NCBI RefSeq assembly: GCF_902459465.1
Contig: NW_022985734.1
Location: 1 to 64,000 of the forward strand
Reading direction: 5' to 3'
DNA from: Asterias rubens
Taxonomy: Eukaryota
Length of the DNA: 64,000 bases
Below are positions 22,738-33,991 of the stretch, piece by piece; the stretch's first letter is position 1; each line of letters begins with the position of its first letter. Under the pieces are notes generated by a model that was not told the origin of the DNA, ran no database searches, and saw only the letters and a program-made list of their open reading frames with translations. A program made the translations under genes and the position numbers.

Positions 22738-23128
22738 AGGCAGACACTATTGGTAATTACTATTGGTAATTACTCAAAATAATTATTGGCATAAAACCGT
22801 TCTTGATTACGATTAATGGGGAGAGATTGATAGTTTAAAACATTGTGAGAAACGGCTCCCTCTGAAGTGACATAGTTTTCGAGAAAGAAGTAACTTTCCA
22901 CGAATTTGATTTCGAGACCTCAAGTTTAGAATTTGAGGTCTCGAAATCAAGCATCTGAAAGCACACAGCTTTGTGTGACAAGGGTGTTTTTTTCTTTTAT
23001 AGTTATCTCGCAACTCTGACGACCAATTGAGCTCAAACTTTCACAGGTTTGTTATTTTATGCATATGTTGAGATACACCAAGTGAAAAGACTGGTCTTTG
23101 ACAATATTACTAATAGTGTCCAGTGGCT
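22738..23128. mobile_element. Abundant TTAA-flanked MITE (Kolobok-like; TIR AGGCAGTGGACACTATTGGTAAT)
   Basis: TTAA|AGGCAGACACTATTGG ... ATAGTGTCCAGTGGCT|TTAA. Other copies or fragments at 23357-23659, 25650-25880, 30578-30960, 35930-36080, 42020-42297, 48098-48630, 50173-50527 and 51818-52180. Confidence 0.85.
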
Positions 23129-23167
23129 TTAATTGATGATCCCAAAATTGTTGTTATTGGTTTCCAG

Positions 23168-24418
23168 GTGTGTAGCTAAGTATAACGGTAAAAAGATTTA
23201 TCTAGCGGGAACCGGAACCGACTACAGTGAATTCCTGGACAATGCAGGAGGTAATTGCTTTAATAATCCAAGTTAAAGTTCGCTAAAAACAAACCACCAG
23301 AAAGTTTTGAATAGCGAAACATTACACAGCATAGATCAAGGGGAATGGTTATTTAAAGGCAGTCAAGTATAACACTATTGGTAATCATACTCGAAATAAT
23401 TATTAGCTTAAAAACTTACTTGCTAACGATCAATGGAGAGCCGTTGATAAGTGTAAAACATTGTGGGAAACAGCTCCATCAAGCATCTGAAGGCACACAG
23501 ATTCGTGTGACAGGGGTGTTTTATTCTTTCATTATTATCTCGCAGCTTCGACGACCGCTTGAGCTCAAATTGTCACAGGTTTGTTATTTTATACATTATG
23601 TTGAAATACACCAGGTGATAAGACTGGTCTTTGACAATTACCAATAGCGTCCATTGTCTTTAAATGTAAACATTTGTGGGTTCCTTTTTTATTAGATGAC
23701 GAGAGGATGTATAGCTATGTCCGATTCCAGGATGTGGATGGAACAACGGGCGCACGAAAAAAAATGTATGCTTTCATAACGTGGATTGGACCGAGTGTAA
23801 GCCCCCTTGCTAAGGCCAGAGTCAGCACGGACAAAGCCTTCGTTAAACAAATATTTACCGTAAGTATCAATTATGGTTTTATTTAATTTAAATGGTTTTA
23901 ATCTTAATTCAGCTGAAGCCTTTTTTTTATGGATCTAGAAGCACACAAAGTAGTGCAACTAGGGTGTTTTTTTTTCTTTCATTATTTTCTTGCAAATTCG
24001 ATGACCAACTACATGTTCACAGTGAGTATACTGTTAATTGACAATATTACCAAAGGTGTATCCAGTGCCTTTAAAATCTGATTTGTTTTCATGATGTTCC
24101 TAGTATGATGCTATACACTATACATTTTCAGCCCGCTGCTGGCTTGCTACGCTCTCCCCATAATTATGCTCAGATTTATTCACATTACATTTTAAGGGAA
24201 CATAAGTACATTATGTATTTGAAGTTAATGCAATTCTTCTGTTATCACAAATAAACAATGTTTTCAATGATCTAACACTTTGTCTTATATTGTGTCCTTT
24301 TTTTCGTCAGAATTTTGGCAAGGAAATCTTAGCTGACGATGCTAGCGAGTTAGCTGAAGCCAAGGTCTTAAATATTCTGTTAAAGGCAGAAGGCGCAGCA
24401 TACGGAACTGGAAAATAG
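23168..24418 (+). CDS. COTL1: Coactosin-like protein (ADF-H domain), exons 2-4: 23168-23250, 23696-23859, 24311-24418; exon 1 not found upstream on this strand
   Basis: (W)CVAKYNGKKI..GTGTDYSEFL..DDERMYSYVRF..KKMYAFITWIGPSVSPLAKARVSTDKAFVKQIFTNFGKEIL..KAEGAAYGTGK*. Intron phases 2/1/0 are mutually consistent. Confidence 0.85.
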
Positions 24419-26334
24419 AGGGCGGTGTTTCAAGGCTTATTTCTCTTTAAAATGAAACCATGGATTTGTCTACAACACAGTGACTGGACATGCGTGTTTA
24501 AAATTATGGTTATTGGTGTTATGGTTTATTTGTTTTACATATGGTTGATTTGGTTATTACATGTTTTGGTTGATGGGTTATTACATGGTTGATTTTTATT
24601 ACATGAATGGTTTATGTTTACGTTATGTTTTTTTTTTATCACATTGGTTGTTATTATTACATTTATAGTCTTTATTACGTTATGAGTGATACAAATGTAT
24701 TCAAAACAGCCAATTAATAATTGTTTACACACGACGTGCTGTACACAGACTATGTTCAGTTTTCATCCAGCCACAATAATCTTGTTATTTGAAATGTTAA
24801 ACTCGTTGCGGATTTTTTGTACAGATCTGTATGAGTTAACACAATGTACTTCCCTGACATTTTTTAAAATTTCAAAGATTATGCTAAACAGTCTAACTTA
24901 TGTAACTTTGAGCGCAGTTTGCTCAAGACATAGATTTGGTTACAGGGGACTTATACTTTGTGACTTAATTTTGAGAAAACTGCGCTCAAAGTATATTTAG
25001 AATGTTTATCAGTGTGTAATTAACGAGACACTCAAATAACTAGATCGTTGTAATCTTTTGAAAACTCAGGTACAAACATTGTGTACAGCAATTGTCGTAT
25101 GTAAACAATTTGACTGTTTTTAAAAACAGGAGAGGACAAAGTTGTTTGAACTTTCTGCCATGCTGACTTGATCATGAGAACATCAGCAAAATTACTGACA
25201 TTACACTACATATTTATTGAACCACTTTTTAATGTAGTGTGGCGTCCAACATCAGTCTAGAGTCAAACTCAAGTTCTGACGGCTGCCTGCGTCATCGGAA
25301 CACAGAGTGTGGGTTCGACTCCTGCTTGACACTTTCTGTATGTTTTTAATTACACAGGGGTAAATGCATGGGTCCATTTAGTTAAAAGACCTTTGGAATT
25401 TTTTTTTTAATACAAGCAAACTTAATCTGTTGTGGCTTTATTTCACAATAATAGTAGAAATGGCTGTTTACAAACTTCCAACCAAACCTGTTAATGTTTT
25501 TATATGGAGCTGGTCAACTGATGTAATTGTCTTTTGAGGATGATTAAAGTTAATTTAATTGATTTGAATTGAATTCAATTCTTTTTCGTGCAACGCGCCC
25601 CATACCTTTTTAACTCATGTATACAGTCGGCAATATTTATCTTATAGACACTGGACACAACGGGTATATTGTCAAAGACCAGTCTTCTCACTTGGTGCAT
25701 CTCAAAATAAGCATAACATAACAAACCTGTGAAAATTTGAGCTCAATCAGTCGGCGAGGTTGCAAGATGTTAATGATGAAAGAAAAACACCCCTGTGACA
25801 CGAAGTTGCATGCTTTCCGATGCTTGATTTCGCGACCTCAAAATCTAATTATTATGATGTCTCGAAATCAAATTCTTTGAAAATTACTTCTTTCTATGAC
25901 TGGCAACTAGTTACCGATTTATGCTCGTATGTGTTTTATAACACACCTCGGTCTTAAATTAATGTGGCATAAGAAAAGAAACTTGGAAAAGAAAGGAAGC
26001 TTTTTAGGTGTGTTATAAATAAAGTTAATTACCTTTACAGACGTTGAAACTAGCACATAATTGACATGACTGGCAATGAGGTAACCTGTGCACGTCTATT
26101 CCTCGAGGGGCTTTTAGTGACCAGAAGAGCGACCAATTTCCCGAGACTGAAGGCCGAGGGAAATAGGCCCCTGTTCTGGTCACTCACAGGCCCGAAGGGG
26201 GAGTAGACGTACACTAGCTACCGAATTATGCCCGCCAAAATGTGTTTTATAACACACCTCGGTCTTAAATTAATGGAAGCTCTTTAGATTCATATCACGG
26301 TCCACGTCAAGAGAGGGCGCTGTAACCAGGCACT

Positions 26335-26834
26335 NNNNNNNNNNNNNNNNNNNNNNNNNNNNNNNNNNNNNNNNNNNNNNNNNNNNNNNNNNNNNNNNNN
26401 NNNNNNNNNNNNNNNNNNNNNNNNNNNNNNNNNNNNNNNNNNNNNNNNNNNNNNNNNNNNNNNNNNNNNNNNNNNNNNNNNNNNNNNNNNNNNNNNNNNN
26501 NNNNNNNNNNNNNNNNNNNNNNNNNNNNNNNNNNNNNNNNNNNNNNNNNNNNNNNNNNNNNNNNNNNNNNNNNNNNNNNNNNNNNNNNNNNNNNNNNNNN
26601 NNNNNNNNNNNNNNNNNNNNNNNNNNNNNNNNNNNNNNNNNNNNNNNNNNNNNNNNNNNNNNNNNNNNNNNNNNNNNNNNNNNNNNNNNNNNNNNNNNNN
26701 NNNNNNNNNNNNNNNNNNNNNNNNNNNNNNNNNNNNNNNNNNNNNNNNNNNNNNNNNNNNNNNNNNNNNNNNNNNNNNNNNNNNNNNNNNNNNNNNNNNN
26801 NNNNNNNNNNNNNNNNNNNNNNNNNNNNNNNNNN
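26335..26834. other. Assembly gap (500 N)
   Basis: N run. Confidence 1.
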
Positions 26835-26842
26835 GTTTTATA

Positions 26843-27010
26843 GCGGGTCTGGTTCACTGGACCCAAGCTCTGCGCTGTCAGCAACAGGGTGTGGGTTCAA
26901 ATCCTGGTCATGACATTTGTGCCCTTGAGAGAGGCGCTTCACCACAAATTGGATAATACAAGTGGATATAATACCCTTGCCTAAAATATCCCTACGACAC
27001 TGTGAAGGGA
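26843..27010 (+). mobile_element. tRNA-derived SINE fragment
   Basis: GGGTTCAAATCCTGGTCATGACATTTGTGCCCTTGAG resembles the SINE head at 51319. Confidence 0.55.
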
Positions 27011-27650
27011 GATACCTGTCAATTTCAACCCAGGAGACGGTGCGCCTGGTGGCAGTTGTTTTGGGTCGATGGCCCCCCCCCCCCCAAAAAAAGCCCTGTT
27101 GTTTTGGAGTGGCCGTCCGTGGGCATATATTTATAGGCGATCTCTCATAAAAACATAAACAATTTCAAAGTAAAAAAATATAGCACATGTTGAGTGTTGA
27201 CACACTATGGTATTGGTCTTAATATTTTAAATTTCATACTGCTCAATAACCCTGTGATTATAATGCCTTCGTCGTCATTGACCTGGTCTATATATGTGGA
27301 TTTTTTTTTTTTTTTTTTTGGGGGGGACACACAGCAATAACACGTTTTTCTTAATGTGATTGAAATTGTGTTAAAATACTTGCAGCTTCAAATTTTGACC
27401 AACATTCCCGAAAAATGTGTTGTTGGATACGGTGGGAAATTGTTGCTTTATTTTATTGTTGTTGGATTATAGCTTCTGCCTAACTCACTTCCTTTGATAT
27501 CACCACATACATTAGATCAATCATTGAGCTATGATCAAAAGAATCGCCCACGCACCCTGTGGTGGTAGTCAATACACGATAAGCCTACAGGAACGTTGCA
27601 GAATTGGTTTTTGCTAACAAACAGTTGCTGGCAGTGTAAGCACTTTATAT

Positions 27651-30453
27651 AACTACGGAGCTCCATGAGTGCCATCCCACTTATTGAGATACTGACATAA
27701 TTTATCTCATCAAGACGACTTATTTCGTGGTATAAGTTAACTTACCGACATATTTTATCTAGCTAAGTCGACTTATTCAAAACAATCAGTCGACTATTAG
27801 CAACAGTTTATCTCACCAAGTCGACTTAGATAAAACAAAAGGTCGACTTGCTGACATAATTTGTCTTGCCAAGTCAACTTACTGAGAGTACTAAGCCAAC
27901 TTACCGACATAACTTATCTCGCCAAGTCGACTTAGATAAAACAATAAGTCAACTTGCTGACGTAATTTTTTTCAACAAGTCGACTTACTGAGAGTACCAA
28001 GTCGACTTACTGACATAATTTACCTCGCCAAGTCGACTTAGATAAAACAATAAGTCAACTTGCTGACATAATTTATTTCAACAAGTCGATTTACTGAGAG
28101 TACTGAGTCGACATACTGACATAATTTACCTCGCCAAGTCGACTTAGATAAAACAATAAGTCAACTTGCTGACATAATTTACCTCACCAAGTCGACTTAC
28201 TGAGAGTACTAAGTCGACATACTGACATAATTTACCTCGCCAAGTCGACTTAGATAAAACAATAAGTCAACTTGCTGACATAATTTATTTCAACAAGTCG
28301 ACTTACCGAGAGTAATAAGTCGACTTACTGACATAATTTATCTCACCAAGTCGACTTTATAGATAAAATGGCAAGTCGACTTACTGACATATTATCTCAC
28401 CAAGTCGACCTAGATAAAATGATAAATGGACTTACTGACATAATTCATCTCAACCAGTCGACTAATTAAGAAGTTTACTTATACACAGCCTGCATACGTT
28501 GCAACGTGTGTGTATTGAGATTGCGAGTTAGGGCCCGCGTGATCGCTAATAATGTGTGGCGTTTTTTGTGCCTGGGATGCAGAAAAATAACCACAATCTA
28601 AGACTTGAATCAAGTCTACACCTCGTCCAACTCCGATTGTATTAGTCAATTCAGGCATCCTCTTCAATTTTATTTTATGTAACAAGCAAAATTATAAAGT
28701 TACTGATTTTATTTAAAAAATGGTAATGGCTGTTAGCAAACTGCGTCCAACTAACACTACATGGTGTAGTACTTGCAAAATAGTGTTACTGGCCTGACGT
28801 TTTGACCCTACTAAATGGCTACGTGAGAAGAATGAGACAATAAATCATGAATTCAGTTCAAAAGGATAAAAGTTTGTTTTCGTCATATTATTCATCAAAC
28901 TATAAGCCTTTACACAATTAAAATCTTCACAACAAAATGTATAATGGAAGGTACCAGACAGCACGTAACGGAGCCGAGTTGAAAAGTAACAATACCAAAG
29001 TGCAACCATCAGCGGTTGTCAAAAGGATAAAAAGGTTGCTGTCGCCACAACCAACCCCTTATATTCAACGAACCATGTGAATCTATTCACAAAACCTTGT
29101 AAAGAATATCCATGCATAGATTTGTCAGGTGCATAAAATTATGTGCCACTATTGTACCGTCTGTAAGTCAACTTGTCGATATAAATTATATCAGTAAGTT
29201 GACTTATTATTTTATCTAAGTCGACTTGGTGAGATAATTTTTATCAGTAAGTTGACTTATTACTCTCAGTAAGTCGACTTGGTGAGGTAAATTATGTCAG
29301 CAAGTTGACTTATTGTTTTATCTAAGTCGACTTGGCGAGATAAATTATGTCAGTAAGTCGACTTATTACATTCAGTAAGTCGACTTGGCGAGATAAAATA
29401 TGTCAGTAAGTCGACTTAGTACTCTCAGTAAGTCGACTTGGCGAGACAAATTATGTCAGCAAGTCGACTTTTTGTTTTATCTAAGTCGACTTGGTGAGAT
29501 AAACTATGTTGCTTAGTCGACTAATTGTTTTGAATAAGTCGACTAAGCTAGATAAAATATGTCGGTAAGTTAACTTATACCACGAAATAAGTCGTCTTGA
29601 TGAGATAAATTATGTCGGTATCTCAATATGTGGGATGGCACTCCTGGAGCTCCGTAGTTATGTCAGCAAGTTGACTTATTGTTTTATCTAAGTTGACTTG
29701 GTGAGATAAATTATGTCAGTAGGTCGACTTGTTGAAAAAAATTATGTCAGCAAGTTGACTTCTTGTTTTATCTAAGTCGACTTGGCGAGATAAATTATGT
29801 CAGTAAGTCGAGTTAGTACCCTCAGTAAGTCGACTTGGCGAGATAATTTATGGCAGTAAGTCGACTTAGTACTCTCAGTAAGTCGACTTGGCGAGACAAA
29901 TTATGTCAGCAAGTCGACTTTTTGTTTTATCTAAGTCGACTTGGTGAGATAAACTATGTTGCTTAGTCGACTAATTGTTTTGAATAAGTCGACTAAGCTA
30001 GATAAAATATGTCGGTAAGTTAACTTATACCACGAAATAAGTCGTCTTGATGAGATAAATTATGTCGGTATCTCAATATGTGGGATGGCACTCCTGGAGC
30101 TCCGTAAATTGTTTTATCTAAGTCGACTTGGCGAGATAAATTATGTCAGTAAGTCGAGTTAGTACCCTCAGTAAGTCGACTTGGCGAGATAATTTATGTC
30201 AGTAAGTCGACTTAGTACTCTCAGTAAGTCGACTTGGCGAGACAAATTATGTCAGCAAGTCGACTTTTTGTTTTATCTAAGTCGACTTGGTGAGATAAAC
30301 TATGTTGCTTAGTCGACTAATTGTTTTGAATAAGTCGACTAAGCTAGATAAAATATGTCGGTAAGTTAACTTATACCACGAAATAAGTCGTCTTGATGAG
30401 ATAAATTATGTCGGTATCTCAATATGTGGGATGGCACTCCTGGAGCTCCGTAG
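27651..30453. mobile_element. Fold-back-type non-autonomous element: long inverted arms made of AAGTCGACTT tandem repeats around a ~700-bp spacer
   Basis: Left arm 27651-28465 begins ACTACGGAGCTCCATGAGTGCCATCCCAC. Right arm 29163-30453 is its reverse complement, with the terminal block repeated three times (ending about 29657, 30106, 30453). Confidence 0.75.
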
Positions 30454-33075
30454 GTACACAATGCATGACATCGATTAAAAATAGTTCACTGAACGCAAAA
30501 CGGGAAATAATGTATAATTTGTTTCATTACATATGAAGTGATCCTGGAAATAACGGCACATAATGCCCAGGGATTATTAAAGACAGTCGAAACTAGTGGT
30601 AATTGTGAAAGACCAGTCTTCTCACTTTGTGTATCTCAACATTATGCATAAAATAACAAACCTGTTACTATGACCTCGATTGGTTGTCGAAGTTGCGATG
30701 AAAGAAAAAACTCTCTTGTCACACGAAGTTGTATATTTCAGATGCTTGATTGAGGGACCTCAAAAAAAATTCTAATTCTGAGGTCTCGGAGTCAAATTCA
30801 AATATTTCGTGGAAAATGACTTATTTCACGAAAACTACGAATTACTTCAGACGGAGTCATTTCTCACACAATGTGTTATACTATCAACAGCTCTCCATTG
30901 CTTGTTACCAAGTAAGTTTTCATGCTTACACTTTTTTGAGTAACTACCTCAGCTTGGAACTGATTTTAAAAAAAACATGAACACCAAACTGATAGTTTTT
31001 GTGATACTTCTTGTAATCATATGACACAGACCTTTTAACGGCACTGGACGCCTTTGACAATTTTCACAGTCTCACTTGGTGTATCTCAACGATGCATAAA
31101 ATAACAAAAACTATGACAAGTTTTGACTCAATTGGTCATCAAAGTTGCAAGAGAATATTGAAAGAAAAGACACCCTTATGTTGAACTAAATAATGTGTGT
31201 GCTTTCAGATTTGAGTGAGAAATTACCTGATTCTCACAAACTACGCTGACGGAGCAATTTCTCACAATTTGTCATACTATATACTAACTCTTCATGAATT
31301 TCGCTCTTCATTACCAAGACAGTTTTTATGTTGAATTTCTTTTTTCAGTAATTCCCAATAGAGTTCACTTATTAGAGTTTGAGTTTAATTTCCTTACCAC
31401 CGTGTTTCAGTAGCGTCGTTCTGTACATCCAAATACGCCTCTTGCATCGTCTCCTTTGCCTCTTCACAGGGTGACGCCATTTTAAAACACTGTCAGAACT
31501 GATGAGCTCAAAAAAAGAAGAAGGAACTCACGATCAGACGTACATGGAGGGTAAATGTTCGACTAGTGTTCTGACGTTTTACACGGTTTATCATACGTGG
31601 GATACGGTACACAGTATCCTATCCAATCAGAAGCCATGACGTACAATACATCCCGCCCACCACGGTGTCATCCAATCAAGGTGGGAGTACCAAACCGTCT
31701 CCAACGTCCACTGTTACTAATGAATGAGCAATAATGCATTATTCATTCTAATTCCGCTTGTAGGAAAAGTACGTGTATGTGTGTGGTATTGGAAAACCAC
31801 GTGACAACGAAAGACTCTGGTGTCTCTCCCGACATCCGGAAAAATCTCGGGGGATCTCGTCATCTTGGTCTTGGAAATCAGGGAAAAGAAGATTGTACAA
31901 TCTCGGTACGGGCAAAGGCAAACCAAAAATGCATGTGCAAATGAAGAGTCGGAAAATGCTGCCAAATGAATTCCACAGCAGTGACATTTCGTCGTCGGCA
32001 AAATACGGTGGTGTCGGTGGTATTGCTGACAAAGTCTTGTAGCAAAGGTCGATGAACATAAATACCACAACTGGATCCATGGTGGAGGCGAACAGACACT
32101 CACTGCAGTAATAATGATCAGGTGTGCAATGAAACTGAATATTGGAGCTACAGACCAGACCAACTAACGCAGCAATGCGCTCAATAAACAACCCTTGAAT
32201 TTCCCGGGAAAGAATTCTTTTGTGCTTTAAAGAGTCTTTACACTGAATGCTTACAGTGGTATGTTCTCACAAGCTGTATTTAAATAAGCGCGAATAATGA
32301 ATGCATAAAATATTCATCAATGGGCAGAAATTACAATGACGTAGTCGATGTGCTCACACACGATTGGATGAATGACATAAGGCGGGCCTTGTTTCGTCAA
32401 GTGTCTTCTGATTGGATGGTACTCGTAGAACGGTTAAACACGTACAATGAACCGTCTAAACGAAAGAACTCTACTATAAGACAACAGTCCGAGTAGGGTG
32501 GAGCCTTCAGTATCGAGCTTGTGATTGGGCATTGGCAAGATCTGGACGTGCTACGGTGCTTTGAACGTGTAAAACGAATGATCACTTACTAGTACGCCGT
32601 GTTGGTTACTTGGTTGACGTTTAAACCCCATTTATTGAGTTAAGGCGTGTTTTATAATACATAGAATACCTTGGAACCTCTAACCAGAACCACGGAGGAA
32701 TTTGTTTTAGTTAATACTGTAGTGTCTCAATTAAAGGGGCACTCTGACCATTAAAATGGATGTTTCCTGTGATTGGTAACTATGAAATCATGTTCTTATA
32801 ATGTCTACCTCCATGGTCCTACACCACAAGAGCAAGGACAGAGACTCTCTATATATTATGGTCCTAAATTTCTCAAATCTTGTGATTTCTTTTTATCTAA
32901 AAGGGTAGGTCGGGTCCAGAGTGTAATTTGTGTTTTAACTATTTTGATGCAAGGTCTTTTCCCCATTTTAATCACGGTATTGTTTTGACTGTTTAAAGGG
33001 AAGGTACAGGTTTAGTAATTACTCAAACACAAAGCTGTTCCGTGTTCTTTTGCTTTGATTATGTGTTAACATTAC

Positions 33076-33596
33076 CAAGGAGTCTATAACTGAAAAAAAG
33101 TTTGAAAAATACTGTACAGTGTCTTGAGTTATGGTGCCACTTCATGGGGTTACGGTAACCTAAGGCTAATCTCTAACGCCCAAGCAGTCTGTAACTGAAA
33201 AAAGTTAGAAAATCGGTTGTGTAGTTCTTGAGATATGGTGCCACTTCTGGTTGACCCGGAAGTAGAGGTCAACTTGGGGTCATGGATTTTCAAAGTTTAT
33301 TTTTAATGCCTTAGGAGCATAAAACTGAACAAACAGGATTGAAAATCGGTTGTATAGTACTTGGCGTATGGTCCCACTTCCGGTTCACCCGGACGTAGAG
33401 GCCAGCATGGGGTCACGAGTTTTCACAGTCAATATTAATGTCAAGGAGTCTGTAAGTGAAAACAAATTGAAAATCGGTTGAGTAGTTCTTGAGATATGGT
33501 CCCACTTCCGGTTGACCCGGAAGTAGAGGTCAAATTGAGGTCACGGTTTTTCCAAATTTTTCTCCTATCCCCAAGGAGTCTTATAACTACAAACAG
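33076..33596. repeat. Degenerate ~105-130-bp tandem repeat (4-5 units) with a CTTCCGG-N-CCGGAAG hairpin
   Basis: CCAAGGAGTCT..AACTGAAA..GAAAATCGGTTG..CTTGAGATATGGTCCCACTTCCGGTTGACCCGGAAGTAGAGG recurs. Confidence 0.75.
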
Positions 33597-33991
33597 TCGA
33601 CATTCTTAAAGAAGAATGTCGTCTTCCTGTGATAATTTATCTCGGAATGTCGACATCCTAAAAGTAGGATGTCGTCTTCCTGTGATAATTTATCTCGGGA
33701 GGTCGACATCCTAAAAGTAGGATGTCGTCTTGCTGTGATAATTTATCTCGGTATGTCGACATCCTAAACGTCAGTTGTCATCTTCCTGTGATAATTTATC
33801 TCGGGAAGTCGACATTCTAAAAGAAGAATGTCGTCTTCCTGTGATAATTTATCTCGGAATGTCGATATCCCAAAAGTAGGATGTCGTCTTGCTGTGATAA
33901 TTTATCTCGGGAAGTCGACATCCTAAAATTAGGATGTCGTCTTCCTGTGATAACTTATCTCGGGAAGTTGAAATCCCGAAAGTAGGATTTC
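33597..33991. repeat. 53-bp tandem array (about 7.5 units) with an internal hairpin
   Basis: Unit GTCGACATCCTAAAAGTAGGATGTCGTCTTCCTGTGATAATTTATCTCGGGAA. Confidence 0.95.

Noticed and set aside
26270-26884. Listed ORFs spanning N runs (also 58898-59485 and 58946-59533)
   Set aside because: Artefacts of translating gaps.
31717-32191. Overlapping 147-148-aa minus-strand ORFs near CCAAT-rich sequence
   Set aside because: No recognisable motif in any frame and no consistent splice structure; could be a decayed TE or lncRNA but unsupported.
27651-33991. CRISPR-like appearance of the palindromic GTCGAC arrays
   Set aside because: Spacers are themselves repeated, there are no cas genes, and the context is a spliced eukaryotic genome.
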